Notes: generated by a model from the letters alone, not told the origin. A stretch of DNA of 64,000 bases from Myxococcota bacterium (GCA_965247115.1 CBDFGR010000003.1:128001-192000), one strand, 5' to 3'; positions 48,913 to 59,368 are shown, counted from the first letter of the stretch. Made by a program: numbers and translations.

Positions 48913-50433
48913 CTAGTCGACCTGGATGGCGTCGAAGAGAGTTTCGAAGTCGTCGTCGTCCGACGCAGCCACGGGTTCGCCGACTTCGAGCGGCTCTGCA
49001 GCGGCTTCCGCCGCCTCGTCAACGCCCGTGAGGAGACTCTCCAGATCAGGGCCCGAGTCCGAGCCGACTGGCTCGGCTGTGCCCTCGACCTCGGCGGTAA
49101 TCTCCTCTGGCTCAGCCGTCCCGGCGACCGCCTCGAACTCCAGGTCGTCCATGTCGTCTTCCATCGGGCTGATGTCCAGCTCGAGCTCCGGGTCAGCGGG
49201 CGCTATGGGCGCTTCTTCGGGCTCGTCGGTCGGGAGCTGCAGCAGCCCTTCGAGATCGAAGTCTTCATCCTCGCTCCCGGAGTCGGGGGCCTCGTTCTCA
49301 GCCGCATCGACCTCCCCAACCCCGAACTCCTCGTCCGGACCGGGATCCTCGAGGTCCCCGGGGCCGCTCGGGAAGTCCTTGAACTCGAGCCCACCGGTAT
49401 CGTCCTCTTCTGGCTCCTCCCACAGCCCACTCTCCCAGCTCGAGGGTCCGGCCTCCGCCGGCCTACCTTCCTCGTCGTCGGGCAGCTCGAGCGCGACGGC
49501 CGAGGCGGAAGCTGCGGGGAGTGGCGGCACGTCCTGATTTGCAGACGATGCCGCGCGGGAACCCTCGACGTAGGGGGCGGCCGGCGGGCTGACCCTGGAT
49601 ACGGCCCGCGAGTCGTCCCCGGAACTGAGGCCCAGTTCGTCGGCAGCATCCGCGACGATCGAAGCATCGACCGGCGTGGCCTCGGCGAGAAACCCCTCGA
49701 AGATCGCGTTGTCGGCAAGCGTGTTGAGGACGCGCGGGACACCGCTCGAATAGCGGTACAGTGCCTCGATCGCCTCCTTGCCCAGAACCGGACCCGACGC
49801 TCCGGCGCAGCCGAGGCGATGCTGGATATAGGCGGTGGTCTCCTCCTGCTCCATCGGCCGCAGCTCCACACGGACGTCGATTCGCTGCTCGAGCGGTGGA
49901 TCCAAAGCGATCACGTCCGAAAGTTCTGGGAGCCCGAAGAGCACGATCGAGATCACCTTCTCGTCCTGGTGCACGAAGTTGAGCAAGCCGCGAAACTCCT
50001 CCATCGCCTGGGTGTTCCGGAACAACTGGGCCTCGTCTACGAAGAGCACCGAGTGCTGCCCCGCATCCCGAACTTCCGCAAGCCGGGCGCCGATCTGCTC
50101 GAGAAGCTGGGGGATGTGGTCGGAAGGAGTATCTACACCGAACTGCGTTGCTAGTTGGGGCAGCAGCCAGCCGTGAGCGCAGGCCGAATGCGGCACGACG
50201 ATGAGCCTCGTTGCGCAGCGCTCCTCGTCCAGGTCGGAGCGCAGGTGGTGGGCCAGGGTCGTCTTGCCGCAGCCCGGGCCGCCAATCAATACGGAGAGCC
50301 CCTTCTTCTGCTCGACACCGCGTAGCAGCCGTAGCCGCGCGCGCCGCTGTCCATCGCTCTCGAAGTAGAAGCGGCGATTCAGGTCGTTCTTGAATGGCTC
50401 AAGCTTGAGATCGTAGAACTTCAGATAATCCAT
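48913..50433 (-). CDS. ExeA/GspA-family AAA+ ATPase with long acidic C-terminal tail
   Basis: YLKFYDLKLEPF, GGPGCGKTT, LFVDEAQ, GLPEL, YIQHRL, SSGVPRVLN. Confidence 0.88.
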   Translation of the reverse strand: MDYLKFYDLKLEPFKNDLNRRFYFESDGQRRARLRLLRGVEQKKGLSVLIGGPGCGKTTLAHHLRSDLDEERCATRLIVVPHSACAHGWLLPQLATQFGVDTPSDHIPQLLEQIGARLAEVRDAGQHSVLFVDEAQLFRNTQAMEEFRGLLNFVHQDEKVISIVLFGLPELSDVIALDPPLEQRIDVRVELRPMEQEETTAYIQHRLGCAGASGPVLGKEAIEALYRYSSGVPRVLNTLADNAIFEGFLAEATPVDASIVADAADELGLSSGDDSRAVSRVSPPAAPYVEGSRAASSANQDVPPLPAASASAVALELPDDEEGRPAEAGPSSWESGLWEEPEEDDTGGLEFKDFPSGPGDLEDPGPDEEFGVGEVDAAENEAPDSGSEDEDFDLEGLLQLPTDEPEEAPIAPADPELELDISPMEDDMDDLEFEAVAGTAEPEEITAEVEGTAEPVGSDSGPDLESLLTGVDEAAEAAAEPLEVGEPVAASDDDDFETLFDAIQVD

Positions 50434-50465
50434 GGTCGTCTCTGTAAAGGGGTAAGTCGCCGCAC

Positions 50466-52913
50466 TCAGGACAGCTCCTGGAGTCGGTCCGCTACCTCGC
50501 GAAACCCCGGCTTCTTGGCTGCGACCTGTTTGAACGCATCGAGCGCCCCGACCCGATCACCGGCCGCAAGGAGCGCCTCTCCGAGGTCGTACCGGAGAGA
50601 GATCGCCGAGTCGGCGCCCTCGCCGACTATCGCCAGCGCCTCTCCCAGATGCGTGGCCGCGACGGCGGCCTGGCCTAGCTCGAGCTTGCACGCGGCCATC
50701 AAAGAGAGCGTCTCGGCCGGACGCGCGCCCGCACGCTGCACCGTCTCGAGCTCGCGGACCGCGTCCTCTAGCAACCCCATCTCCTTGTAGGCGATGGCGA
50801 GGTCGTAGTGCGTCTCCGACTCCTCTTCGCCGACCTGATCCTGAATACCCTTCTTGAAGGCTGCGAAGACCTTGTCGAAGGCTGTACCAGACTTCTCAGC
50901 CGTCGCGAGGACAACATCCTCGTCCTCGAGCTCCGCCGCGAGATCGAAGTCGTCCTCGGGCTCCGGCTCGACGGCGGCAACAGCGGCCTCGGCGTCCGCC
51001 AGCAGATCCTCGAGGGTCTCCTCCGTGGCGTCGGGGAAGGTACGCTCGCTGAAGCTAGGCGGCCGCGGCAGCGGCGCAGCTTTCGGCCGCTCCAGCTTGA
51101 CCTCTGGGATCGGCGGCGCCTCGACCGGGCTCTCAGCTTCGTCGACGTGCGTATCCCCCAGCAGATCTGTGACCCCGCAGGTCACCGTCTCGCCTCGCTC
51201 GCTCAGAATCTCGCCCAGCCGCAGCATCGCCTTTGGGTGGTTCGGTGAACGAGCGAGCACCTCCCGGAGGATGCGCTCCGCTTCGGGGATCATCCCCTGC
51301 TCGAGGAAGAACTCGGCCTCCTCCAGATCCTCACTGACGCGCGCGGACTCGGCGCTCCAGTCCTCAGCGCCAAAGACGTGGGAGTCGGTCGCCCGTCCGG
51401 CAGGAGCGGATGACACCTCGAGCTCGCCGGGCTCCTCGTCCAGCTCGATGTCGATCTCGATCTCTTCGTCGTCCGGCTCCGCGCTGGGGGGCGGAGCTCT
51501 CTCGATTCCGCGCGGAGGATCGATCGAAGCGAAGGCATCGTCGCGGTCCTCCTCGTCGTCCAGAACCAGTTCGATGTCCGGCAGCGTCTCGAGGGACTCT
51601 TCTTCGAGAACGTCCTCCAGCGGAGGCTCGGCAAGCGGCTCCAGGCGAGGTTGGACAGCGGGCCCTGCGAGCGGCTCCGCTTCTACCTCGAGAGCGACTT
51701 CCTCCGGCGCCTCGATCCGGGCAAGCAGCTCCTTCGCCTCGGTGCTCGAAGGCTCGAGTCGCAGGACCTGCTGCACGAGTCGCTCGGCCTCTTCCGCATC
51801 GCCGAACTCCAACGATACCTTGGCCTCCGCCAGCAGATCGCTCGCATTGAAGAGCGGCACCGACGAACGAATGGACTGACCGAGGGCTGCATCGAGCGGA
51901 GCCCCGTCGCCGATGACCTGCCCACCCTGGTCGAGGAGCTCGTCGGCGGCCAACGTGAGCGGGTCTTCCGACTTGGGCGGCGCGGGCGGCTCCTCCTCCT
52001 CGGTCAGGAGAATGCTCGGCGAGGTCTCCCCTTCGGTATCCAGGAGCGGTTCCGCCGACACGTGCCGTTGTAAAATGTCGCGGGCCGTATCTGGCTCGCC
52101 GCGGTTCTTGTAGATCTCCGCGATCCGCCGGTAGACACCGCGCACACCCTCTGAGTCGCCGTCGGCCTCGTAGGCCATGACGAGGACCTCGTGGAACTCG
52201 ATGTCATCGCCGAAGCTAGGCAGCGCTTGCTTCAGCAGCTCGATGGCCTTCTTGGGCTGGCCGGTGCTGATCTTGACCTCCGCCAGCGTCGCGAGCGCTT
52301 CCTTGTGGGTCGGGAACGCATCGAGCGTGGCTTCTGCCACGCGCGTCGCCATCTCTGCGCTGGTATGCCTGGCGACCTCTTTCAGCAGAAGGCCGAACTC
52401 CTGCTGGGCGTCGTCTTCGAGGCCCTGCCGCAACATCAGGCTGGCCAGGTTCAGCCGATTGGGAATATTCCCCGGATCGAGCAGGGCTACCTTCTTGAGC
52501 TGATCGAAGGCTTCGCGCTTGAGGTCGTTGGCCTGACAGAACTTGACTGCGATCTGGAACTCGCGCAGTGCGTCGGAGGCCAGGCCCATGCGCTGGAAGT
52601 GATCGCCGAGCTGTATTCGCGCCTCCAGACACTCGCTGTCGACCCGAAGGATCTGCTTGAAGATCGCGACCGCCTTCGCGTCGAAGCCCCCCTTCGAAAA
52701 CTGCTGCGCTACCTGTGAGTACGCTTCGATCGCTTTCTGTTTGTCACCTTTCTTCAGGTGAAGGTCGCCGATCTTCAAGCGGACGTTCGTATCCCGGGGG
52801 TCCGCAGCTAATAGCTTTGCGTACTCCTTGAGCGCTTTGTCGTACGCTCCCTTCTGAGCGTACTTTTGCGCGGTCTCGAGCGTCTTCCGCTTCTTCTGTC
52901 CCGACGCAGCCAG
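50466..52913 (-). CDS. SgmX-like multi-TPR protein (probable CTG start)
   Basis: N-terminal TPRs, acidic linkers, C-terminal ETHYDLAIAYKEMGL TPR block; frame stays open upstream of 52778 to CTG 52913, with AAGGA 7 nt upstream. Confidence 0.78.
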   Translation of the reverse strand: MAASGQKKRKTLETAQKYAQKGAYDKALKEYAKLLAADPRDTNVRLKIGDLHLKKGDKQKAIEAYSQVAQQFSKGGFDAKAVAIFKQILRVDSECLEARIQLGDHFQRMGLASDALREFQIAVKFCQANDLKREAFDQLKKVALLDPGNIPNRLNLASLMLRQGLEDDAQQEFGLLLKEVARHTSAEMATRVAEATLDAFPTHKEALATLAEVKISTGQPKKAIELLKQALPSFGDDIEFHEVLVMAYEADGDSEGVRGVYRRIAEIYKNRGEPDTARDILQRHVSAEPLLDTEGETSPSILLTEEEEPPAPPKSEDPLTLAADELLDQGGQVIGDGAPLDAALGQSIRSSVPLFNASDLLAEAKVSLEFGDAEEAERLVQQVLRLEPSSTEAKELLARIEAPEEVALEVEAEPLAGPAVQPRLEPLAEPPLEDVLEEESLETLPDIELVLDDEEDRDDAFASIDPPRGIERAPPPSAEPDDEEIEIDIELDEEPGELEVSSAPAGRATDSHVFGAEDWSAESARVSEDLEEAEFFLEQGMIPEAERILREVLARSPNHPKAMLRLGEILSERGETVTCGVTDLLGDTHVDEAESPVEAPPIPEVKLERPKAAPLPRPPSFSERTFPDATEETLEDLLADAEAAVAAVEPEPEDDFDLAAELEDEDVVLATAEKSGTAFDKVFAAFKKGIQDQVGEEESETHYDLAIAYKEMGLLEDAVRELETVQRAGARPAETLSLMAACKLELGQAAVAATHLGEALAIVGEGADSAISLRYDLGEALLAAGDRVGALDAFKQVAAKKPGFREVADRLQELS

Positions 52914-52997
52914 GTCGCAGTCCTTGCTTTCGTTCCGTCACGCGTGCGCAACACCCCCTCTAACCGAAGAGAGACGTGGAGCACGCGGCTACGGATG

Positions 52998-53025
52998 GTA
53001 TCGGCGATTCCGAAGCTTCATGTGA
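52998..53025 (-). promoter_or_regulatory. Sigma28-like promoter TCACA-N15-GCCGATAC
   Basis: Near-consensus -10 box upstream of the SgmX-like gene. Confidence 0.5.
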
Positions 53026-53116
53026 GCGCTACGAGATGCGGTTGCCGCCTGCCGATCTGGCGCGACCCGACCCTGGTGCGTCACGTGTACGCGCCGGTCG
53101 GTAGTCGGAAGACGAC

Positions 53117-53548
53117 TTACTTCAGCCGGGCAACGAGGGCGCTGACGGCGAGCTCATACCCCAGTGCTCCCAGACCGCAGATCTGGCCTACCGCGATCCC
53201 CGCGACCAGCGAGCGGTGCCGGAACTCCTCCCGAGCATGAATGTTCGAGAGGTGGACCTCCACGACAGGCAGGTCGATGCCGGCGAGCGCATCTCGGAGA
53301 GCGACGCTGGTGTGCGTCAGCCCCCCGGGATTGATCACGATCCCCTGATGGGTCTGGCGGGCGGCCTGGATCCTGTCGATCAGTGCGCCCTCGTGGTTGG
53401 ACTGGTACGTGTCCACGGTGGCACCGAGCTGCGCTCCGTGCTCGCGGAGGCGCAGATCGATCTCGGCGAGCGTCGCGCGGCCATAGACCTCGGGCTCGCG
53501 TTCGCCCAGGAGGTTGAGGTTCGGGCCGTGCAGGACCAGGATCTTCAT
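53117..53548 (-). CDS. aroQ: Type II 3-dehydroquinate dehydratase
   Basis: [43 protein letters not shown]. Confidence 0.97.
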   Translation of the reverse strand: MKILVLHGPNLNLLGEREPEVYGRATLAEIDLRLREHGAQLGATVDTYQSNHEGALIDRIQAARQTHQGIVINPGGLTHTSVALRDALAGIDLPVVEVHLSNIHAREEFRHRSLVAGIAVGQICGLGALGYELAVSALVARLK

Positions 53549-53564
53549 GACGCGCGAGTCCTAT

Positions 53565-53930
53565 CTAGAGCGCTTCCCTCAGCTCTTGTAGCACGGTCCG
53601 CACGAGGTAGCGCGCTTTTCCCAGGCTGCCGAAGGGCTCGATCGCCACCACGAGCACGAACTCGCTGTCGATCCGGCGGAACAGGACCTGGTGCCGCTCG
53701 GTCACGACGATCAGCTCGTGGAGCGCGTCGTCTCCGGAGCCGTAGAACGTACCTGCCACCTTGCTGGACTGGTCGAAGATCTGCTGGAACTCGACCGCCA
53801 GAGCTGCCAGATCGATACCTTCCTCGCGCACGTGCTCCTCGATCGGAATCCCGTCACTCGCCATGATCGCAGCGGCGCACGCTCCTGGCGTGTCGTCGAC
53901 GACGGTCGAGAGGATCTCTTTGAACGTCAC
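53565..53930 (-). CDS. Roadblock/LC7 domain protein (MglB/MglC-like)
   Basis: FKEIL..VVD..PG...AAIMASDGIPIE, GSLGKARY; GTG 53930; position downstream of pilQ. Confidence 0.82.
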   Translation of the reverse strand: MTFKEILSTVVDDTPGACAAAIMASDGIPIEEHVREEGIDLAALAVEFQQIFDQSSKVAGTFYGSGDDALHELIVVTERHQVLFRRIDSEFVLVVAIEPFGSLGKARYLVRTVLQELREAL

Positions 53931-54412
53931 GCGTGTGCCCTCCCCTGTCGGAGCCGTCGAGCGTTTGCGAGCCACCGCGAGAGCTCGTCGATCACGTTCT
54001 GATCACGAGCGGAGCCGGTCTTGAGCTCGGCCCTGACGGCCAGCGCGCGCTCATCGTCCGGATTCTGCTCGAGCAAGCTCGTCGTCACGGCCAGTGCCTT
54101 GTCGGCGTGCCCTTGCTTTGCGAGCAGCCGGGCCAGCGTGGGCGTGGTGAGCGGGGACGACGGCTCGAAGTACCGCCCCGCCCGGGGGCCTTCCGCTCCC
54201 AGGACGCGCCGGATTCGGGCCACGACGAGGGGCGAGGCGCCCACATCGTCGGCCTTCACGAGGTAGGCGTCGAGCTCTGAACGAAGCTCGTCCGGTACAG
54301 GCGTGCCGTTTACCGCACGCTCGAGACAGTGGAGGGCCTCGTCGTACTCCTGGAGATCCCAGTGCAGACGAGCGATCTTCAACCGAATCTCGAGTGGCTG
54401 TTCCGCACTCAT
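53927..54412 (-). CDS. Small TPR protein
   Basis: TPTLARLLAKQGHADKA...LLEQNP, IDELSRWL. Confidence 0.75.
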   Translation of the reverse strand: MSAEQPLEIRLKIARLHWDLQEYDEALHCLERAVNGTPVPDELRSELDAYLVKADDVGASPLVVARIRRVLGAEGPRAGRYFEPSSPLTTPTLARLLAKQGHADKALAVTTSLLEQNPDDERALAVRAELKTGSARDQNVIDELSRWLANARRLRQGRAHA

Positions 54413-55485
54413 GCCATCCCCGCGAGGATCTCGTCCGGTGTGAGCCTCATGACCTCTGCGCGGCCAATTTCACGCAGAACGACGAATCCTACCCGATCGT
54501 CTCGCATCTTCTTATCGACCGCGATGGCGCGAAGGTAAGCTTCGCGGTCCGCGAGCGAAGCAGGGACCTCGGTGGGCAGACCGGCACGTTCCAGAAGCGC
54601 GCGCACCCGCTGACGTGTGCCGCGCGGACACAGCGTCCGCTCCTCGGAGAGCCGTGCTGCGTACGTCATGCCCATGGCCACCCCCTCACCGTGCGTAACC
54701 TGGCTGTAGCCCGCAACGTTCTCGATCGCGTGACCCAGCGTATGTCCGAAGTTCAGCAGCGCCCGCAGTCCCGCCTCACGCTCGTCGAGGCCGACTACCT
54801 CTGCCTTGATCGCGCAGGCGCGGGCGATCGCGTCGCAGACTGGCGTCGGCTCGAGCGCCGTGATCGCCTCCAGGTGCTCCTCGAGCCAGCGAAAGAAGTC
54901 CGCGTCCCAGATCACAGCCACCTTGATGACTTCCGCAAGTCCCGTCCGCAGCTCGCGTTCGCTCAGGCTGGAGAGCACTTCTGGATCGACCCACACCAGG
55001 CGAGGCTGATAGAAGGTCCCGATCAAGTTCTTGCCTCGCTCGTGGTTGACCGCGGTCTTGCCGCCAACGCTGGCGTCGACCTGAGCGAGGAGAGTCGTGG
55101 GAACCTGCGCGAGCGGGACACCGCGAAGGAACGTCGAGGCGACGAAGCCTGTCAGGTCGCAGGTCGCGCCGCCCCCCAGGCTGACCAAACACGTCTGGCG
55201 ATCTGCCCCGAGCTCGATCAGCTGGTCGTACAGCAAGGATGCCTGGTTCAGCGTCTTTGCGCTCTCCCCATCTGGAACCTCCAGGCTCGAGCTCTGCAGC
55301 CCGGCGCGTTTCAGCTCTGCCTCGACGACTCCGCCGTACAGGCCCGCAACCTTCGGCGTCGTCACGAGGATCGCACGCTGAAAGCCAGACTCGCTCGCCA
55401 GCACTTGGCCCAGCTCCCGGAGCGAGCCCCAGCGGATGTGGATGGGATAGCTGCGGTCGGCGAGCATCACCGAGACGGTCGTCAT
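54409..55485 (-). CDS. aroB: 3-dehydroquinate synthase
   Basis: DGESAK, LGGG...DLTGF, PTTLLAQVDASVGGKT, LNFGHTLGHAIE, HGEGV, DKK. Confidence 0.97.
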   Translation of the reverse strand: MTTVSVMLADRSYPIHIRWGSLRELGQVLASESGFQRAILVTTPKVAGLYGGVVEAELKRAGLQSSSLEVPDGESAKTLNQASLLYDQLIELGADRQTCLVSLGGGATCDLTGFVASTFLRGVPLAQVPTTLLAQVDASVGGKTAVNHERGKNLIGTFYQPRLVWVDPEVLSSLSERELRTGLAEVIKVAVIWDADFFRWLEEHLEAITALEPTPVCDAIARACAIKAEVVGLDEREAGLRALLNFGHTLGHAIENVAGYSQVTHGEGVAMGMTYAARLSEERTLCPRGTRQRVRALLERAGLPTEVPASLADREAYLRAIAVDKKMRDDRVGFVVLREIGRAEVMRLTPDEILAGMA

Positions 55486-56021
55486 GCCGCGTGCTCCCAA
55501 CCCAGCGCGGCGAGCACCGCGTCACAGACTTCGTCTGGCGAGCGACCGTCCGTCGGGATCCGGACCTCGGCTGCAGCGTAGCTGCAAGCGCGCTCGGCTC
55601 GCAGAGTGGTGAGGCGCTCCCTGCGACCTGTGGCGTCGAGACCCGCGAGCAAGGGCCGACCGTCCGCCTCACGCAGGCGCGCGGCCAGTGTCTCCGGCTC
55701 GGCGTCGAGCCACACCAGCGCGCCACCCCGAGGTAGCGCGCCGCGAGCGGCGTCTTGCAGGAGGGCGCCACCACCGAGAGCCACGACCGCCCGCTCTGCC
55801 GGCAGTGCCCCCAGCGCGTCCCGCTCGAGCTCGCGAAAGCGCGACTCCCCTTCGCGTCGAAAGATCTCGGCCACGGACAGACCTCTGGTCCGCTCGATCT
55901 CAGCGTCGGTGTCGATGAAGCTCCAGCCCAGGCGCTCGGCCAGCGCTCGCCCGACAACGGACTTTCCGCTGCCCATCATTCCGGTGAGCAGGATCACGCG
56001 CCGGCGATTGCCCCGGGCCAT
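55482..56021 (-). CDS. aroK: Shikimate kinase
   Basis: GMMGSGKS, DTD, EGESRFRELE, LGGG, RPLL. Confidence 0.95.
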   Translation of the reverse strand: MARGNRRRVILLTGMMGSGKSVVGRALAERLGWSFIDTDAEIERTRGLSVAEIFRREGESRFRELERDALGALPAERAVVALGGGALLQDAARGALPRGGALVWLDAEPETLAARLREADGRPLLAGLDATGRRERLTTLRAERACSYAAAEVRIPTDGRSPDEVCDAVLAALGWEHAA

Positions 56022-56062
56022 GCGCGGCAGAGTAGCAAACCGCCAGCCAGACGAGCTGGCCG

Positions 56063-58870
56063 CTAGAGATCGTTCGTGGCTCCGAGAACGACTCTGGGTG
56101 TGACGAAGATCAGCAGCTCGCGACGTTCGTCTGCAACCGTGGCGCTGCGAAAGGCGGCCCCGAGCAGCGGGATGTCGGCCAGGAACGGCACCTTGTTGCG
56201 ATTGTGCCCGTTCTCGACCACGTAGATGCCGCCGAGCACCATGGTCTCGCCGTCGCGGACCAGGGCCTCCGTCGTCGCCTCGTTCTTGTCGATGCCGACG
56301 ACCTCGCCCGTCGCAGCGGAGAGCTGCGGCGCGTTCCGAGATACCTTGATCTTCATGATGATCGACTTGTTCGCGGTGATGTGAGGCGTGACCTTCAGCT
56401 CGAGAACGGCATCCACGAAGCTGGTCGTGATCTTGTCATCCGTGACCTCGACGAACTTGATCGCGACGCCCTGCTTGATCACGGCTTCTCGATTGTCGAG
56501 CGTCACCACGCGCGGAGACGAAATTACCTTGCCCTTACGATTCTCCTCGGCGGCCTGAAGCTGCAGGTCGAGCTGGAGGTGATCGTCGGCGCCCAGCAGG
56601 CCGAGTGTCAGCAGGCCATTGAGGGCGCCGGATACCGGGTTGGAGGTGATGAAGTTGTTGGTCTGCACGGCGTCCGGCAGGTTGATGATGTCCCCTACGG
56701 AGCCATCGCCCAGGTGCACGTCGCCACCGCCGCCGCGAGAAGCAAGCGGTCGGTAGCCGAGCCCCCAGACGGCACCAAGCGAGCGCGAGAAGTTCAGGCT
56801 CGCCTCGACGATCTTCGCCTCGATCAGCACCTGCGGAGTCTGCGTATCGATCGCCTTGAGCAGGGCCGTCGCCTCATGAATCACCGAGGGGATGTCCTTG
56901 ATGATCAGCGTGCTGGTGCGCCTATCGACGTTGACGGAGCCGCGCGGCGAGAGCAGCCGTTCGACGAGCTTGGACACTTCCTTCACGTCGGCGTAGTTCA
57001 CCGGCTGAAGCTTGACGACCAGATCTTCCAGCTTCTCCTTCGCTCGACGCTCCTGGAGGCGCGCCTCGCGTTCGATCTTCAGCGTCTCGATGGGAGCGAT
57101 CCGGAGCACGCTTCCGACACGAACAAACCCGAGACCCTTCGTGAGCAGGATCACGTCGAGTGCCTGGTCCCACGGAACGTCGACGAGGCGGATGGTGACT
57201 TTTCCATCGACCTCGTCGCCGGCGATGACGTTGAGATCGGAGACCTCCGCAATTAGGCGCAGGATGTTCCCAATGTCGGCGTCCTTGAAGTCGAGCGAGA
57301 TGCGCCGCCCCTCGTAGGCCTTGTCCTCGTCAAAGCCGCCTTCCTCGAGAATGTCGATCGAAGCCGGATCTGCGGGGCCGAACAGAAGCCCGTCCTCCGA
57401 GAGCGGGCCTCCGTACGCCTCCAGCGCGGCCTCCGAACCGGACAGGATCGGCTCCGGGCCCAGGGGCATCTCGTCGCTCTCGGCGGAGGGCGCGAGGGGC
57501 ATCACGTCGGCATCTGCTCCCTCGAGGACTGGCTCGTTCGCGCCCAGCTCGCTCGGCGGCAGGACTTCTGCATCGACGTCGAGAGCGCCCTCGGGGGCCG
57601 CTGCTCGGTCTCCGGAGTGCGACACCGAGATGACGAGCTGGCTGCCCTCCCAAACAAGCTCCGCGTTTCTGGCATCGCGGCGCCGCAGGATGACGCGGAC
57701 CTCGTTCTCGATGTCCGGTGTCTGGAAGATCGAGAACATCTCGATCGGCCCGCCGAACTCGCGCGTGTCAACCCGGCGTTCAGTGGATTTTTCCATCGTG
57801 GAGCTCAGGATCCGTACGATCAGAGTCTCTCCGTCGGGCTCGACGATGCTCGCCTTCACCTCGTGATCCATCTCGACCACTATTCGATCCACTCCCGCCA
57901 GCGACTCGAACCGCGCGCCGGAGACCGTAGCCACACCGCTCCAGGCGGACTCAGGCGCTGGTGTTGCCGAGGCGGGCGGACTCCCCGCCGCACTCGCGGG
58001 ATCGCTGCCGATCTCGATGCGGACACCTCGGTCGGAGGGCACAAGGCTGTGCTCTCCGCCGCCATCTCGCATATCGAGGACCACGCGGACCTTGTCCGCA
58101 TGCGCGCCGATTCGCACGCGTGCGACGCTGCCAAGCGCGAAGCTCTGCTTGGCGGGCTTGGCCGTGCTCTTCACCCCCCAGAAATCCACCACGATGCGAT
58201 CCGGATCCCTGAGAACGAAGGAATCCATGTTATCGATGGGTCCATCGGCCAGAACCTCGATCCCAGCGTCGATCCGCTGCACACCGACGATCTTCCCGGC
58301 CGCGCCGGGAACGAATGCCACGGGTGTCGCGGCGGGCTTCGCAGAGGGCGGGGAGGCCATCGCCTCGGGAGGCGCCGGGGCAGCGTCGGGCTCCTCGCTG
58401 ACGATCTGCTTTTCTCCCGGATCGGCGGTCGCAGCGCTCTCGGTCGACCGCAGCTCGACGACGACTTCGCCCGGCCCCGGAATCACCTCGTACTCCGAGG
58501 CCTGTTCGAGCCCGATGCTGACGCGGACCATGCTTCGCGCCAGCTTGGGATCTCCAATCTCGCTTAGCGTGACACTGCTCACGAGCCCGTTGTTCACGGA
58601 GATAGGAGAGTCGACGCGCTCGAAGGTCACGTCAGGCAGCTCGATGATCAGCCGCCGCGGATCCTCGCGCATGAAGGCAGTGTAGATAGGCTGCTCAGCA
58701 CCTCTCATGGAGATCCGCGTCACCCCGCCCTCGTCGCGGACATCGACGGCCGAGATCGTCTGGGTTTCGCGCACCGCCGCCCTCGCGTCCGGCACAGCGG
58801 CAATTGCCAGCGCCAACGCAGTGCTGATCCGGAGCACGTGCTTCATGCAGGAGATCCCCATCCGCCTCAT
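56063..58870 (-). CDS. pilQ: Type IV pilus secretin with multiple N-terminal AMIN domains
   Basis: AMIN-like repeats (PRRLIIE, PDRIVVD, RIVVE), ISLDFKDADI, VPWDQALD, QVLIEAKIVE, VPFLADIPLLG, ELLIFVTP. Confidence 0.95.
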   Translation of the reverse strand: MRRMGISCMKHVLRISTALALAIAAVPDARAAVRETQTISAVDVRDEGGVTRISMRGAEQPIYTAFMREDPRRLIIELPDVTFERVDSPISVNNGLVSSVTLSEIGDPKLARSMVRVSIGLEQASEYEVIPGPGEVVVELRSTESAATADPGEKQIVSEEPDAAPAPPEAMASPPSAKPAATPVAFVPGAAGKIVGVQRIDAGIEVLADGPIDNMDSFVLRDPDRIVVDFWGVKSTAKPAKQSFALGSVARVRIGAHADKVRVVLDMRDGGGEHSLVPSDRGVRIEIGSDPASAAGSPPASATPAPESAWSGVATVSGARFESLAGVDRIVVEMDHEVKASIVEPDGETLIVRILSSTMEKSTERRVDTREFGGPIEMFSIFQTPDIENEVRVILRRRDARNAELVWEGSQLVISVSHSGDRAAAPEGALDVDAEVLPPSELGANEPVLEGADADVMPLAPSAESDEMPLGPEPILSGSEAALEAYGGPLSEDGLLFGPADPASIDILEEGGFDEDKAYEGRRISLDFKDADIGNILRLIAEVSDLNVIAGDEVDGKVTIRLVDVPWDQALDVILLTKGLGFVRVGSVLRIAPIETLKIEREARLQERRAKEKLEDLVVKLQPVNYADVKEVSKLVERLLSPRGSVNVDRRTSTLIIKDIPSVIHEATALLKAIDTQTPQVLIEAKIVEASLNFSRSLGAVWGLGYRPLASRGGGGDVHLGDGSVGDIINLPDAVQTNNFITSNPVSGALNGLLTLGLLGADDHLQLDLQLQAAEENRKGKVISSPRVVTLDNREAVIKQGVAIKFVEVTDDKITTSFVDAVLELKVTPHITANKSIIMKIKVSRNAPQLSAATGEVVGIDKNEATTEALVRDGETMVLGGIYVVENGHNRNKVPFLADIPLLGAAFRSATVADERRELLIFVTPRVVLGATNDL

Positions 58871-59367
58871 CCTCCGTGCCTTTCGTACAAGTACAGATCG
58901 ACTTCCTTGGTGGTGGCCTTGTTGTGGAAGTCGATGTAAGTCTCTTTGACAACGACCCGGTTGTCGTCAATCCGTACGACGCGTCCCTTGTTCTTGCCGA
59001 TCCCGGCTCCCTCGGCCACGATGTAGCCCTTCCCCGTCGGGTCCTCGACCAGGGCCCGAGGCCTCTTCGTGGACCAGATGATCCCGGTTACGCTGAGCTG
59101 AGAGAGGTCGAAGCGCTCCAGGGGCGAGAGCGCCTCCGTGTCCTGCACGAGTTGCATCCGCTTGAGAAACGACTTGAACGGATCGGGCTTTCCGGTCGGG
59201 TCGTAGCGGTACTCTTTCTCGATGTGCTCGACGACATCCTCTTCGGTCGTCTCCGAGGCATAGATCTGGCGCTGAGCACCGCCTGCCCTTCGGCCGCCGT
59301 CGTCTGAGCAGGCCGATACGAGTACGGCAAAGGCAAGCAGGGCCGAACTCGCACGCGGGTGCGTCAC
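58867..59367 (-). CDS. pilP: Type IV pilus lipoprotein PilP
   Basis: VSAC lipobox, YDPTGKPDPF, PLERFDLSQL, IGKNKG. Confidence 0.93.
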   Translation of the reverse strand: MTHPRASSALLAFAVLVSACSDDGGRRAGGAQRQIYASETTEEDVVEHIEKEYRYDPTGKPDPFKSFLKRMQLVQDTEALSPLERFDLSQLSVTGIIWSTKRPRALVEDPTGKGYIVAEGAGIGKNKGRVVRIDDNRVVVKETYIDFHNKATTKEVDLYLYERHGG

Positions 59368-59368
59368 G

